Part shown: positions 9,040 through 18,483 of the stretch, in pieces | Numbering within the stretch: position 1 is the stretch's first letter | Layout of the letters: each line of letters begins with the position of its first letter | NCBI GenBank assembly: GCA_963974725.1 | Contig: CAXBFC010000002.1 | Coordinates: 1-54,595, forward strand | From: an uncultured bacterium | Lineage (GTDB): Bacteria; Planctomycetota; UBA1135; UBA2386 | Direction: 5' to 3' | Length of the DNA stretch: 54,595 bases | Made by a program: the position numbers and the translations under genes | Notes under the pieces: model-generated | Told to the model about the DNA's origin: nothing | Database searches by the model: none | Seen by the model: only the letters and a program-made list of their open reading frames with translations

Positions 9040-10521
9040 GTGAACGTCTGGAACTTTCTTGCCGATGCTGCCACCAAGTGGCCGGAACGCACCGCGCTGC
9101 GTTGTGGCCGAGAGTTCACATATGCCGACACCCAAAACCGGGCCCACAACGTCGCTGCGCTCCTTCGTGCCAACGGCATAGAACCCGGTGATCGCGTCGC
9201 ATGCTTGATGGACAACGACATCGATCATCTGCTCGCCTACTTCGGCATCGCAGCAGCTGGTGCGATCCTGGTCTCGCTCAATACGCGACTGACTGCCGGT
9301 GAGCAACGCGACATCCTGGCTCACTCAGGCTCGAAGCTGCTGCTGCACGACACAGGCCATGCCGCGCGAGCGGCGGAGCTTGGTATTGCGACCGCTACCG
9401 TGGCGGATGCCACAGCCTGCGAGTTCGTCGCCACACCGGCCGCAACCAACGAACCCGCGCAGCTCTACTACACCAGTGGCACGACCGGATCGCCGAAGGG
9501 CGTCGTGCTGACGCATGAGAACGTGTGCACCCATGCACTCGCAGCCGTCAAGGAACTGGAGCTCAGCGAACGCGACACCTGGGCGCACATCGCACCGATG
9601 TTCCACCTGGCCGATGCATGGGCAACGTTTGCGATCACCGCGGTCGGCGGCTGCCACGTGTTCTTGCCGCACTTCACCGCACAAGCAGCGCTCGATCTGC
9701 TCTGCGACGAGCGCGTCACGATCACGAACCTCGTGCCGACGATGCTCAACCTGATGGTCAAGGAGCCGGGCGCGAGCGACCGCGAATACTCGCTGCGCGT
9801 CATGCTCAGTGGCGGGGCACCGATTGCACCGGACGTCGTCAAACGCATCCTGACGACGTTCTCATGCGACTACGTGCAGACCTACGGCATGACCGAGACC
9901 AGCCCGTACTTGACGCTGAGCCTGCTGCCACCCGAACTGTTGCCGCTGCCGCTTGAGCAGCAGCTGCATTGGAAGTGCAAGACCGGCCGCCCGTTCTCAG
10001 GCGTCGAACTGCGGGTTGTGCACGACGACGGTTCCGCGATCGCCGCGGACGGCAAGGCGGTCGGTGAGATTCGCGTGCGCGGCAAGACGGTGACGCCCGG
10101 CTACTGGCGCAATCCCGAAGCGACCGCCGCGGCGTTCGACGGCGAGGGATTCTTGATGACCGGCGACCTCGCGACGATTGACGCATACGGCTTCGTCGAC
10201 ATCGTCGATCGCAAGAAGGACGTCATCAAAACGGGCGGAGAAACAGTCTACTCGATCGAAGTCGAACACGTTCTCTACGAGCACCCTGCCGTGCTTGAGT
10301 GCGCCGTGTTCGGCCGCCCCGACGAGCAATGGGGCGAACGGGTTGTCGCCGCGGTCGTCGTGCGCAACGGCCAGCAAGTCACGAGCGACGAGTTGATCGC
10401 CTTCTGCCGCCGGCACATCGCCGGCTACAAGACGCCCAAGCAAATTGTGTTCTTGGCAGCGCTGCCTCGCACGGGATCCGGCAAGCTCCAAAAACGTGCG
10501 CTCCGCGAAGCCCCAAAGTAG
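9040..10521 (+). CDS. AMP-dependent acyl-CoA synthetase/ligase (ANL superfamily)
   Basis: The AMP-binding signature LYYTSGTTGSPKGVVLTHEN is present, along with YGMTET, GDLA...DRKKD and the terminal PRTGSGKLQKRALRE lysine motif. Confidence 0.9.
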   Translation: MNVWNFLADAATKWPERTALRCGREFTYADTQNRAHNVAALLRANGIEPGDRVACLMDNDIDHLLAYFGIAAAGAILVSLNTRLTAGEQRDILAHSGSKLLLHDTGHAARAAELGIATATVADATACEFVATPAATNEPAQLYYTSGTTGSPKGVVLTHENVCTHALAAVKELELSERDTWAHIAPMFHLADAWATFAITAVGGCHVFLPHFTAQAALDLLCDERVTITNLVPTMLNLMVKEPGASDREYSLRVMLSGGAPIAPDVVKRILTTFSCDYVQTYGMTETSPYLTLSLLPPELLPLPLEQQLHWKCKTGRPFSGVELRVVHDDGSAIAADGKAVGEIRVRGKTVTPGYWRNPEATAAAFDGEGFLMTGDLATIDAYGFVDIVDRKKDVIKTGGETVYSIEVEHVLYEHPAVLECAVFGRPDEQWGERVVAAVVVRNGQQVTSDELIAFCRRHIAGYKTPKQIVFLAALPRTGSGKLQKRALREAPK

Positions 10522-10602
10522 TCGAAGCCGCGAAGTAGCCGAAGCCGCACTGTAGCCAAAGCCGCACTGTAGCCAAACCCGCGGAGTAGCCGAAACTACG
10601 GC
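10518..10602. repeat. five tandem 17-bp units, consensus GTAGCC(G/A)AAGCCGCACT, each carrying TAG
   Basis: Units start at 10518, 10535, 10552, 10569 and 10586. The first unit contains the ligase TAG stop. The last contains the stop (CTA on the + strand) of the convergent methyltransferase gene. Confidence 0.85.
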
Positions 10603-11864
10603 CGCCGCAACACAACGATGCGGTTGGTGTTGGTGCCGCCCTTATTGTTGTCGACACCCCAACAGTTGGCGGTCTTGGTGAAGTTCTGGGCGTTGATCAT
10701 CACCAACTCCGGCACGAACCCGACCTGCGCGGCGACCGGCAACACCGCTTCCTCGAGCCGAACCTTGCCCTTGCGCACTTCGCCGACTTCAAACGCGACG
10801 TAGCCGCCGGGACGCACCACGCGATACAGCTCGACGAACGCTTCACGCATCGCCGCCTGCCACGCTTCGACCGTGCGCGCCATCGTCATCGGCACTTGCT
10901 TCGCGTCGATGCCGCAGAACCAGCATCTGAGCCAGTTGTCGGACGCGTATTGCACGACATCCAAGAACGGCGGCGAGGTGACCACCAACTGCACACTGCG
11001 ATCCTGCAATTCGGACATCGACGACGCCATGCCCGTCATCAAGACTGCGCCCTTGGCGTGCTGTTGTTGATCGTCCATCAACGGCCGCACGTCTCGCAGC
11101 AGCGCCTGCGACTTCTTCTTGAGGATCGCACCGACATCACGCTCGGGCGGCACCTGCCCGCGCTTCTGGTTGATCTTGCGCTGACCATCGGGTGACGTCG
11201 CTTGGTTGGGTGGCAACGTGTAGACCGAAAAGAAGCCGTTCGAATGCCCGGTCAGTCGATTGACGCACACCATGCGCAGCCAATCGTCGACGGCATCGAG
11301 TTCGCCGGATTCTTCGCGCCGCAGGAAGTACGCGCGCATCGCGTAGAGCGCGCGCAGCGTCTCCGGATGGAAGAACACCAACAGATCCTGGTCGATCGAT
11401 CCCGACCACCACAGGTCCAGCGAGTCGATGCGTTCGAACACTGCCGTCACGGTCGGCGGCTGCAAGCGCGGCCGAACCAACATCGCCGACAGCGGGTTGA
11501 CGTCGTTGCCACACGGCACGCGCGCCCGCAGCGAAGCTTCGAGCGCGGTCGTGCCGCGGCCCATGAACGGATCGAGCACCAAGTCACCTGGCTTGCTCAA
11601 CCGCTCGATGAAGAACGCCGGCAGCGACGGCTTGAAGCACGCGCGGTAGCTGACTTGGTGCAGGCTGTGACCTTCGCGCTGCGCCGACGTCCAAAACTCG
11701 TTGGTGAAGGTATCGACGCGCAGGCCTTCGAGTTCGAGCTGTTCGCACAGCGACTTGGTGCCGAACTTCTCAAACGCGCGCAACTCGTCCGCGAGGTGCT
11801 GTGGCAGCTGTTCGGGTTGTGGCGAAGTCTCGGTCACAAGTGGATCACAACCCGTTCGGGACAA
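10596..11864 (-). CDS. SAM-dependent N6/N4-type methyltransferase (DNA or RNA), motif I before motif IV, orphan
   Basis: HQVSYRACFKPSLPAFFIERLSKPGDLVLDPFMGRGTTALEA is a PF01555-like AdoMet motif I near residue 100. GNDVNP looks like motif II. LVVTSPPFLDVVQY is the (S/D)PP(F/Y) catalytic motif near residue 295, followed by RVVRPGGYVAFEVG. Confidence 0.7.
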   Translation of the reverse strand: MSRTGCDPLVTETSPQPEQLPQHLADELRAFEKFGTKSLCEQLELEGLRVDTFTNEFWTSAQREGHSLHQVSYRACFKPSLPAFFIERLSKPGDLVLDPFMGRGTTALEASLRARVPCGNDVNPLSAMLVRPRLQPPTVTAVFERIDSLDLWWSGSIDQDLLVFFHPETLRALYAMRAYFLRREESGELDAVDDWLRMVCVNRLTGHSNGFFSVYTLPPNQATSPDGQRKINQKRGQVPPERDVGAILKKKSQALLRDVRPLMDDQQQHAKGAVLMTGMASSMSELQDRSVQLVVTSPPFLDVVQYASDNWLRCWFCGIDAKQVPMTMARTVEAWQAAMREAFVELYRVVRPGGYVAFEVGEVRKGKVRLEEAVLPVAAQVGFVPELVMINAQNFTKTANCWGVDNNKGGTNTNRIVVLRRP

Positions 11865-11913
11865 CCGTGCAACGGTGCATCCACGAAGCGACCCGCGGAC
11901 GTTGAGATTCGAG

Positions 11914-13065
11914 CTATTTCTTGACGGTACGACTCTGCAGCAGCACGTCCGAACCCGCAGTCAACGTCCACGTGCCACTGGCCTTGAGCACCGTAATCGG
12001 GCCGTCCCCCAAAGGATCCATGATCGCGTCGGGTGTGCGCCCTTCGTGAATCTGGATCGCTGTGCGTAGCAAGCGCAGATGAGCAAGCGACTGACGGCGC
12101 CAGATCTCGCGATAGCGCAGTATCTGGGACCCGGAACTGCTCCCGGCCGCACGATCCATTGCCACTTCGAACGCCTGGAACTGCTGCAAGCGATCGCTCC
12201 ACTTCTGCGCGATGGGTGACAGCAACTTCAGACTCCGGAAACACGTGCCCATCGCCTTGATCGCCTTGCGCTGCGGCGAGAAGCCACTGTCCCAGGCCAT
12301 CAACTGATCCAACCACCCGGTCGACGAGAACAACTTGCCACGGCATGCCAGGTAGGCATGCGGATACAGGATCTCTTCCCAATCCACCGGCCGCTCAAAC
12401 CTGTCGTCGAACCACACGAGGCCAGTCAGAAGCCGCTCACGAGCTCCTGCTCCGAGCTGGGCAAGCCGCTCGTCCGTCCAATGGTCAACGAACGGCTCGA
12501 CGTTGTCTGCCGGCTCCTGGCCATCGGTAGACATCACTAGCGCATCCAGCCAAACCTCGACCGCGGCAACGTCGTTGCCTTCAGCCAGAAGATTCGAACA
12601 AGCACGCCGAACGACCCTCAACCAGTCTGCCTCGATTCTCAAGTCAGCGCACGCAACGCTGCGACTGTGCGCCCCCAGTTGCATTGCGGCAATTGCAGAC
12701 TCGATGCCTTTTGCCGGTTGGCCGTCAGCTAACGGTTGGCCATCAATAGCCGGCTGTGTCTTGCCAACCTGAATCGCGGGCGAAGTCTCCGCGATGAGCG
12801 ATTGCATCTCGGCGGCATCTTGCGCAACTAACTGCTTCATGGCTTCCTCTGCCGCGCGGTAGTGCGGCAGAGCGTCCCCATCGATCAGCTGACCGTAGAC
12901 AGCGCTCTGGCGCTGCACCGTTTCGCTCGCGCGCGCTTCAACCCGCGCGATCATCTCCCGGAGGAGCACAAGGTCTTGCTCGTCACCAGCCGTCAACGAC
13001 GAAAACGCCATGCCGCCTAGGATCAGGACGATCACCAGCCAGAACTTCCATCCGAGTCGCCGCAT
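11914..13065 (-). CDS. hypothetical membrane-anchored or secreted protein
   Basis: The 383-aa ORF has an N-terminal hydrophobic anchor MRRLGWKFWLVIVLILGGMAFS and no recognisable motif. It is co-directional with the methyltransferase, 49 nt upstream of it. Confidence 0.55.
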   Translation of the reverse strand: MRRLGWKFWLVIVLILGGMAFSSLTAGDEQDLVLLREMIARVEARASETVQRQSAVYGQLIDGDALPHYRAAEEAMKQLVAQDAAEMQSLIAETSPAIQVGKTQPAIDGQPLADGQPAKGIESAIAAMQLGAHSRSVACADLRIEADWLRVVRRACSNLLAEGNDVAAVEVWLDALVMSTDGQEPADNVEPFVDHWTDERLAQLGAGARERLLTGLVWFDDRFERPVDWEEILYPHAYLACRGKLFSSTGWLDQLMAWDSGFSPQRKAIKAMGTCFRSLKLLSPIAQKWSDRLQQFQAFEVAMDRAAGSSSGSQILRYREIWRRQSLAHLRLLRTAIQIHEGRTPDAIMDPLGDGPITVLKASGTWTLTAGSDVLLQSRTVKK

Positions 13066-13231
13066 GCAGCCTGCATGCTAGCGAGGATTCGCCGCTTGTC
13101 AGGGAATCCGGGCCCGTGGCGCAAGATCCAGGCGCGAACTATCGGCGACAGCATTCCAAACCGGCTTGCGCAACGGCGAGCCGCCACCGGTTCGATTCCA
13201 GTTCGGCGGCGCAATTCGATACTCTCTGGCC

Positions 13232-13999
13232 ATGTTGTTCGACTGGCTGTTTCGACCTCGCAGGCAGGAGGCGCGCAAAGAACTGCTCGCCAAGCCGTTC
13301 CCTGATGAGTGGCAGCACTACTTGAAAGGCCTGCCGTTTTACCGAGCGCTCGACGAACGCGGTCAAGAACGCATTCGGGACGACCTGCGTGTCTTGATCG
13401 CCGAGAAGGACTGGGAGGGCTGCGGCGGCCTTGAGATCACCGACGAGATCAAGGTCACGATCGCGGCGCAGGCCAGCCTGCTGCTGCTCAACATCGAGCA
13501 CGACTACTACAAGCACGTCGCCTCGATCCTCGTCTACCCGAGTGCCTACAAGACGGCGCCACAACGCGACGCCGCGGGCGTCATACGCGAAGGCCAGGCC
13601 AACCTCGGCGAAGCTTGGCGACGGGGCCCGGTCGTGCTTACGTGGGACGCGACGATGCGCGGCGCGGTCGATGCGAAGGACGGGCACAACCTGGTGATGC
13701 ACGAGTTCGCCCACAAGCTCGACATGCTCGATGGCCTTGCCGACGGCACCCCGCCACTAGAAGGCAAAGATCAGCTGAGCGAGTGGGTGCGCGTCATGAG
13801 CGGCGAGTATGAAAAGCTGCGCGACGCGGCGAAGACTGGCCGAGCGACGGTGATGGACACCTACGGCGCAACCAACCCCGCCGAGTTCTTCGCCGTCGCG
13901 ACTGAGTGCTTCTTTGAAAAGGCGCGCAAACTGAAGCAGCGCCATCCTTCGCTCTATGCCTGCCTGAAGGACTACTACCATCAGGACCCGGCGGCCTGA
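13232..13999 (+). CDS. mtfA: MtfA-like zinc metallopeptidase (peptidase M90 / DUF980)
   Basis: Starts at the ATG at 13232 (MLFDWLFRPRR). It has the HExxH site LVMHEFAHKLD and the conserved FFAVATECFFE C-terminal block. Confidence 0.8.
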   Translation: MLFDWLFRPRRQEARKELLAKPFPDEWQHYLKGLPFYRALDERGQERIRDDLRVLIAEKDWEGCGGLEITDEIKVTIAAQASLLLLNIEHDYYKHVASILVYPSAYKTAPQRDAAGVIREGQANLGEAWRRGPVVLTWDATMRGAVDAKDGHNLVMHEFAHKLDMLDGLADGTPPLEGKDQLSEWVRVMSGEYEKLRDAAKTGRATVMDTYGATNPAEFFAVATECFFEKARKLKQRHPSLYACLKDYYHQDPAA

Positions 14000-14015
14000 G
14001 TCGCGGACAGGGCAA

Positions 14016-15950
14016 CTAGAAGCCTGCGGCTCGTGTCGAGAGCCACCCCTCGTCGCCGTGCAACCAGATCAGAAAGCGCCCGGCATTCGCGCTACCACCT
14101 TTGCGAGCGTAGACGAACAGACTCGAAATCAGTGGGTAGCTGCCGTTGCGAACGGCACCCGCATCCGGGTGGATCGGCGGCGACTTGGCATCTCGTCGAA
14201 TCGGCACAATGCGCACGCCCGGATGGTTTCGCGCAGCTTCTGGATTGCTCAGACATACGATGGCATCCTGATTTCCCGCCGCGAGCGCGAGCAGGTCTTC
14301 ATCCGATGTCCGCTTCGATACATGTTCGGCGAACGGGCCTTGCCCCAGCAACGAGGAGCGCATGCGATGAGGAGTGGCGACCGTCTTGTGGCAAATGCCA
14401 ACGACCAAGTCGCCCAACGCCTTCGGCAAGTCGTCACCGAGCTCCGACCACTTGTTCACGCCATCGCGACCAAAAACCTTCGCGAGCTGCTCCATCGTCA
14501 ACGACGCGATCGGGTTCTTCTTGTTGACGCAGAGAGTGAAGGCGTTGCGCACGACCTCATGCTCTTGGAGTTCGACGCTGCGCTTCTTGGCTGCATCCAA
14601 CTCTGCTTGCCGCAGCTTGCGTGCGGTCATAGCCAGATCGCATTCGCCTGCAACCACGGCCGCAAGCCCAGCACCTGACCCACCACCATTCACGATGACG
14701 GATTGCTCATGCGCCTTGCCAAAGTCGGTTGCCCATTGCTTGGCCAACTCGAGCAACAAATCGGAACCCCGGATGCTGACTGGCCGCGCCGCAGGAAACG
14801 GAATCCTGGTCACGGTCCGCTGGCGGCCGACAAGGTCGACCAGATACAGACCTTCGTCCTGAGGCCCGGTCTCCGGTGTCATGAACGTCGATAGCGCCGC
14901 GATTCTCGCGTCGGGCGACAGCATCAAGCCAAGGGCACCGCTCGGCATTGCCCCTGGAACATCCCCACCCTCAAGCTTGTCAGTCGCAAACAGACGCCGC
15001 TCACGGATGACCGCACCACCAATCGTGCCCTCGACCAAAGACCAGGCGAACCGGCCGTTGCCGATGCTGCGACAGACAGTCACATACAAGGTTGCGCCAT
15101 CCTTGGACATCGCGATGTCGTTCGCCTTTACCGTGTCTTTGGCGCCGAGCGGCAACGTCACCTCCAACTTGCCTTCCCGAAACACCAACACCTCGTGCTT
15201 CTCTGCCGACGGCATCGCGATCCGTTCGAGATCTCCTGAGAACGCCGGCAACGGCGTGCATTCGACATCGGCAAGGTCCTTGGAACGCAGCAGCGGACTA
15301 CGTTCGAGCGTCACAGGATCCAAAACGGTCATTTCCCACGATAGCTTCTGAGCCTGACGACCTGGGGTCTCAACCTCGATGCAACAAAGCCCATCGCCAC
15401 GTGGCACTACGACCGAACGTGCACCCGGCATCTTGACCTGAATGCGTTTGGTCTCGCCCGTTTTTAGATCGACGCGCAGGATCCCTTGATTAGCCACGAA
15501 CAAGTGATCGCCAAAGACCACGGCCCCCAAGACCACAAAGCTGTCGAGCACTTCCAGGTTGGTCCGAACCTTGTGCACCAACGGATCGCCAACTGGCGGC
15601 ACGCTCGTAACTGACAACGTGAGGCCGTCACCATTCGACCCCGACACGACGACCGCACGTTTGCCATCCGGTGTCCACAGTGCGTTGACGTAGGAATCCC
15701 CGGGTGGCGTCGCCAACAGCCGTTCGGCCTTGCCCGTCTCGCGATCATAGACCGCGACGAACCTGCGGACGACTTCGCTACCGCTGTCGACACCGCTGAA
15801 CAACAACTGCTTGCCATCCGGGCTCCAAGCGGGGCGGCACGCGAGCATGCTGAGCAAAGCAACCATGGCCACAACCACGGCCAAACGAGCAAATGCGATG
15901 CGCTGCCCCTTGATGCAATTCCTCTCCATAGGCGCACTATCATAGGCCAT
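14016..15950 (-). CDS. fusion protein: N-terminal PD40/TolB-like beta-propeller plus C-terminal PstS-like periplasmic binding domain
   Basis: A TM anchor is followed by RPAWSPDGKQLLFSG and WTPDGKRAVV PD40 repeats. The C-terminal block is IRGSDLLLELAKQWATDF...VNGGGSGAGLAAVVAGECDLAMTAR...NKWSELG, typical of PstS/PBP_like_2. The start was chosen at MAYDS (15950), with alternatives at 15929 and 16145. Confidence 0.75.
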   Translation of the reverse strand: MAYDSAPMERNCIKGQRIAFARLAVVVAMVALLSMLACRPAWSPDGKQLLFSGVDSGSEVVRRFVAVYDRETGKAERLLATPPGDSYVNALWTPDGKRAVVVSGSNGDGLTLSVTSVPPVGDPLVHKVRTNLEVLDSFVVLGAVVFGDHLFVANQGILRVDLKTGETKRIQVKMPGARSVVVPRGDGLCCIEVETPGRQAQKLSWEMTVLDPVTLERSPLLRSKDLADVECTPLPAFSGDLERIAMPSAEKHEVLVFREGKLEVTLPLGAKDTVKANDIAMSKDGATLYVTVCRSIGNGRFAWSLVEGTIGGAVIRERRLFATDKLEGGDVPGAMPSGALGLMLSPDARIAALSTFMTPETGPQDEGLYLVDLVGRQRTVTRIPFPAARPVSIRGSDLLLELAKQWATDFGKAHEQSVIVNGGGSGAGLAAVVAGECDLAMTARKLRQAELDAAKKRSVELQEHEVVRNAFTLCVNKKNPIASLTMEQLAKVFGRDGVNKWSELGDDLPKALGDLVVGICHKTVATPHRMRSSLLGQGPFAEHVSKRTSDEDLLALAAGNQDAIVCLSNPEAARNHPGVRIVPIRRDAKSPPIHPDAGAVRNGSYPLISSLFVYARKGGSANAGRFLIWLHGDEGWLSTRAAGF

Positions 15951-16000
15951 TTCCGACCGCAACAGACGCCGTTTACTGGCCCAACGCCACCTACTCGACG

Positions 16001-16531
16001 ATGCTTCTCCCCATGCTGACGCGTCCAAAGACTGGCGACTATTCCGATTACTTTCAGGGCTACCTCGACCGCGTTCCGGACGGCGACGTGCTCGCCTTGC
16101 TGCCAGCCCAATGCACCCGCATGCAAACGCTGCTGCGGGCAGCAAGCGAAGCGCAAGGCAACTACTGCTACGAACCCGGCAAGTGGTCCGTCAAGCGACT
16201 CGTGCTCCACATTGCCGACGGCGAACGCATGTTCTGCTATCGAGCCATGTGTCTCGCACGCGGCGACAACCAACCCATGCCAGGCTTCGACGAGAACGCC
16301 TACGCCCAAAACGACGGCAGCGACAACCGCACCCTGGCCAGCATCATCGACGAATACGCCTCAGTCCGAGCCGCCACCTCAACCCTATTCGCCGGCTTCA
16401 ACGACTTGGCCTGGTCAAAGCGCGGCACCGCCAACGGCAACCCAGTCACCACCGCATCCCTACCCTGGATCATCGCCGGCCACGACCTCCACCACTGCGC
16501 CATCCTCCAAGAGCGCTACGGCCTCAAATAG
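16001..16531 (+). CDS. DinB-family (DinB_2 / YfiT-like) metal-dependent protein
   Basis: The 176-aa product has the layout YEPGKWSVKRLVLHIADGERMF ... IIAGHDLHHCAIL, a four-helix DinB His-triad arrangement. Confidence 0.75.
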   Translation: MLLPMLTRPKTGDYSDYFQGYLDRVPDGDVLALLPAQCTRMQTLLRAASEAQGNYCYEPGKWSVKRLVLHIADGERMFCYRAMCLARGDNQPMPGFDENAYAQNDGSDNRTLASIIDEYASVRAATSTLFAGFNDLAWSKRGTANGNPVTTASLPWIIAGHDLHHCAILQERYGLK

Positions 16532-16538
16532 CAGACCT

Positions 16539-16558
16539 GAATCTGCGTACGCAGATTC
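16539..16558. terminator. 20-bp perfect palindrome between convergent genes (possible bidirectional terminator; no U-tract)
   Basis: GAATCTGCGTACGCAGATTC lies between the DinB stop (16531) and the stop of the 16561-18483 gene. Confidence 0.4.
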
Positions 16559-16560
16559 GC

Positions 16561-18483
16561 TCACTTGGCGGGTCGATAGCCGGCGCTGCGAACCTCGCGG
16601 ACGCCAGCCTCGCCGTGCAGCCAGCCCAAGAACCTCGACACGTTCGCTGGCGCGCCCTTTCGCGAATACACAAACAGGCGGAGAACCAATGGGTAGCTGC
16701 CATCGGCGATTGTCGCATCCGTCGGCAAACAAGGTTTGCTTGCCGCATCACGCGCAATCGGAACCAGCTTGACGTTCGCATCGCGACTCGCAGCATCCGG
16801 GTCATCGAGTGCGACGATTGCCCCCTTCTTGATCGCGGCGAACGCGACCAGCGCCTCGTCGTTCTCAGGTGTAATGCGGCTGTGAGCGAATGGCCTGCGC
16901 GCCAGAGCCGAGACTCGAAGCGCTTCATGAGACGGGGTCAGTCGCTTGTGCGTCGCCATGATGATGTCGTTGTCCGCCTCCGGAACCTCGAACCCAAGTT
17001 CCGACCATTTGGTTGCGCCATCAGCTGCAAAGATCTGCGCCAACTGCGCGACGGTTAGCGCAGTGATTGCACTGTCCTTGTGCACGCAAATGGCCGCGGG
17101 ATGCCGCACAATGCAGTGCTCCTCGAACGTAACACCGTCCTGCTTGGCCTGGTCAAGCTCGGGTTTGGTGGCCAACCGCATCGCCATGGACAGATCTGCA
17201 TCACCCTGTCGCAACGCGGCCAGGCCCGTTCCAGTGCCGCCGCCCCTGACTTTCAGGACGTGACCAGGATGATCGACGCGGAACCGAGCACTCCACCTCT
17301 GAGCCAAAGACAACATCAAATCGGAGCCGCACAGGGTGACGGCCTGCGACGCTGGAAAGCCGACTTTGGTCACCGTTCGCTTGGGATTCGTAAGATCGAC
17401 TAGATAGAGACCTTGGTCCTTCGCCGCGTTGAGAGCATGCGCCGTCGTCACCGCCGCGACCTTGCCATCCGGCGAGATCGACAAGCCAAGCGACTCACCC
17501 TGGGGCCGAGGCACTCGCGAATGCTTGCCGTCGAACAGCACGGTTTCGCGCTGCACGGACCCGCCAACGGTGCTCTCAAACAACGACCACTGACTGCCAG
17601 CCTCACGCCCTTCAGCCATGCGACACAACGTGGCGAAGATCTTGTCGCCGTGCCGCGACCAAACCAGGTCATTGACCCACACCGCTTGCTTGGGCCCAAG
17701 CGGCAGCGTCAACTCGATCTTGCCCTCGCGAAACACGACGATCGATTCCAGGCTCTGCGAAGGCATCGCAACACGATCGAGGTCCGGCGAAAACGACGGT
17801 CGCGGCCAGATCGAAACGCCTGCGTAATCCTGCGACCGCAACAGCATCTTGCGATGCAGCGTCTCGGGATCGAGCGCACCAATTTGCCACACTCCCTGGG
17901 GATGGACGCGACTAACCGTGAAGCTGATGTAAGCGAGACCGTCGCCACGGCGAACCACCGCGAGCCGTTCGCCCACGCCAGCCGCGACGGTCTGGGTGTC
18001 GCCCGTGTCGAGATTGATACGAACAATGTCGCCGGTGCTGAAGAAGAGGTTTCGATCCACGATGACCGCGCCAACCAGCGCCTGCGGCTCGAGAGCATTC
18101 GTCTCCGTCGACACCATCTGCGTGTGCACGACCTCCGGTGACGTCACCGACTCGCCCAGCACCACGACTTCGGAAACCGCAACCATGGCGGGTTTGCCAC
18201 GGCCGACACCTGACAACACCAACGCGCGCTTGCCGTCAGCACTCCAACTGGCATTGAGCGAGTCGTGGCCAACTGGCGGCACCAACACGCGTTCTACCTT
18301 GCCCGTCTCCCGATCATACGAAGCGACAAACCGACCCCCATCATCCACCGCGGTGAACAACAAACGCTTGCCATCCGGACTCCACGCGGGTCGACAGGAA
18401 AACGCAACGGCCAACACCGCAATCACAGCCACAGCCAGAAGGCGCACGAACGCACGAGAGGACGGGTTGCTGGGAGCAGTCAT
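16561..18483 (-). CDS. paralog of 14016-15950: PD40 beta-propeller plus PstS-like binding domain fusion
   Basis: It is colinear with the other copy over the full length (CRPAWSPDGKRLLFT, YDRETGKVERV, VVFREGKIELTLPLG, GLYLVDL, CGSDLMLSLAQRWSARF, RGGGTGTGLAAL, TKWSELG, DGSYPLV..LFVYSRKG). The start was chosen at MTAPSN (18483), with an alternative at 18516. Confidence 0.75.
   Translation of the reverse strand: MTAPSNPSSRAFVRLLAVAVIAVLAVAFSCRPAWSPDGKRLLFTAVDDGGRFVASYDRETGKVERVLVPPVGHDSLNASWSADGKRALVLSGVGRGKPAMVAVSEVVVLGESVTSPEVVHTQMVSTETNALEPQALVGAVIVDRNLFFSTGDIVRINLDTGDTQTVAAGVGERLAVVRRGDGLAYISFTVSRVHPQGVWQIGALDPETLHRKMLLRSQDYAGVSIWPRPSFSPDLDRVAMPSQSLESIVVFREGKIELTLPLGPKQAVWVNDLVWSRHGDKIFATLCRMAEGREAGSQWSLFESTVGGSVQRETVLFDGKHSRVPRPQGESLGLSISPDGKVAAVTTAHALNAAKDQGLYLVDLTNPKRTVTKVGFPASQAVTLCGSDLMLSLAQRWSARFRVDHPGHVLKVRGGGTGTGLAALRQGDADLSMAMRLATKPELDQAKQDGVTFEEHCIVRHPAAICVHKDSAITALTVAQLAQIFAADGATKWSELGFEVPEADNDIIMATHKRLTPSHEALRVSALARRPFAHSRITPENDEALVAFAAIKKGAIVALDDPDAASRDANVKLVPIARDAASKPCLPTDATIADGSYPLVLRLFVYSRKGAPANVSRFLGWLHGEAGVREVRSAGYRPAK

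Noticed and set aside
10518-10602. The tandem repeats at 10518-10602 and 35045-35121 as a possible CRISPR array.
   Set aside because: The units are 14-17 bp and directly abutting, with no spacers. No cas genes are present.
10596-13065. The methyltransferase plus the upstream hypothetical gene as a restriction-modification or other defence system.
   Set aside because: The neighbour has an N-terminal membrane anchor and no recognisable nuclease, helicase or ATPase motifs (no PD-(D/E)xK, HNH or Walker A seen). There is not enough evidence to call a defence system.
16111-17058. A 315-aa + strand ORF overlapping DinB (out of frame) and the PD40/PstS paralog (antisense).
   Set aside because: The product is Pro/Arg/His-rich and low in complexity. 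The overlapped genes have convincing domain content.
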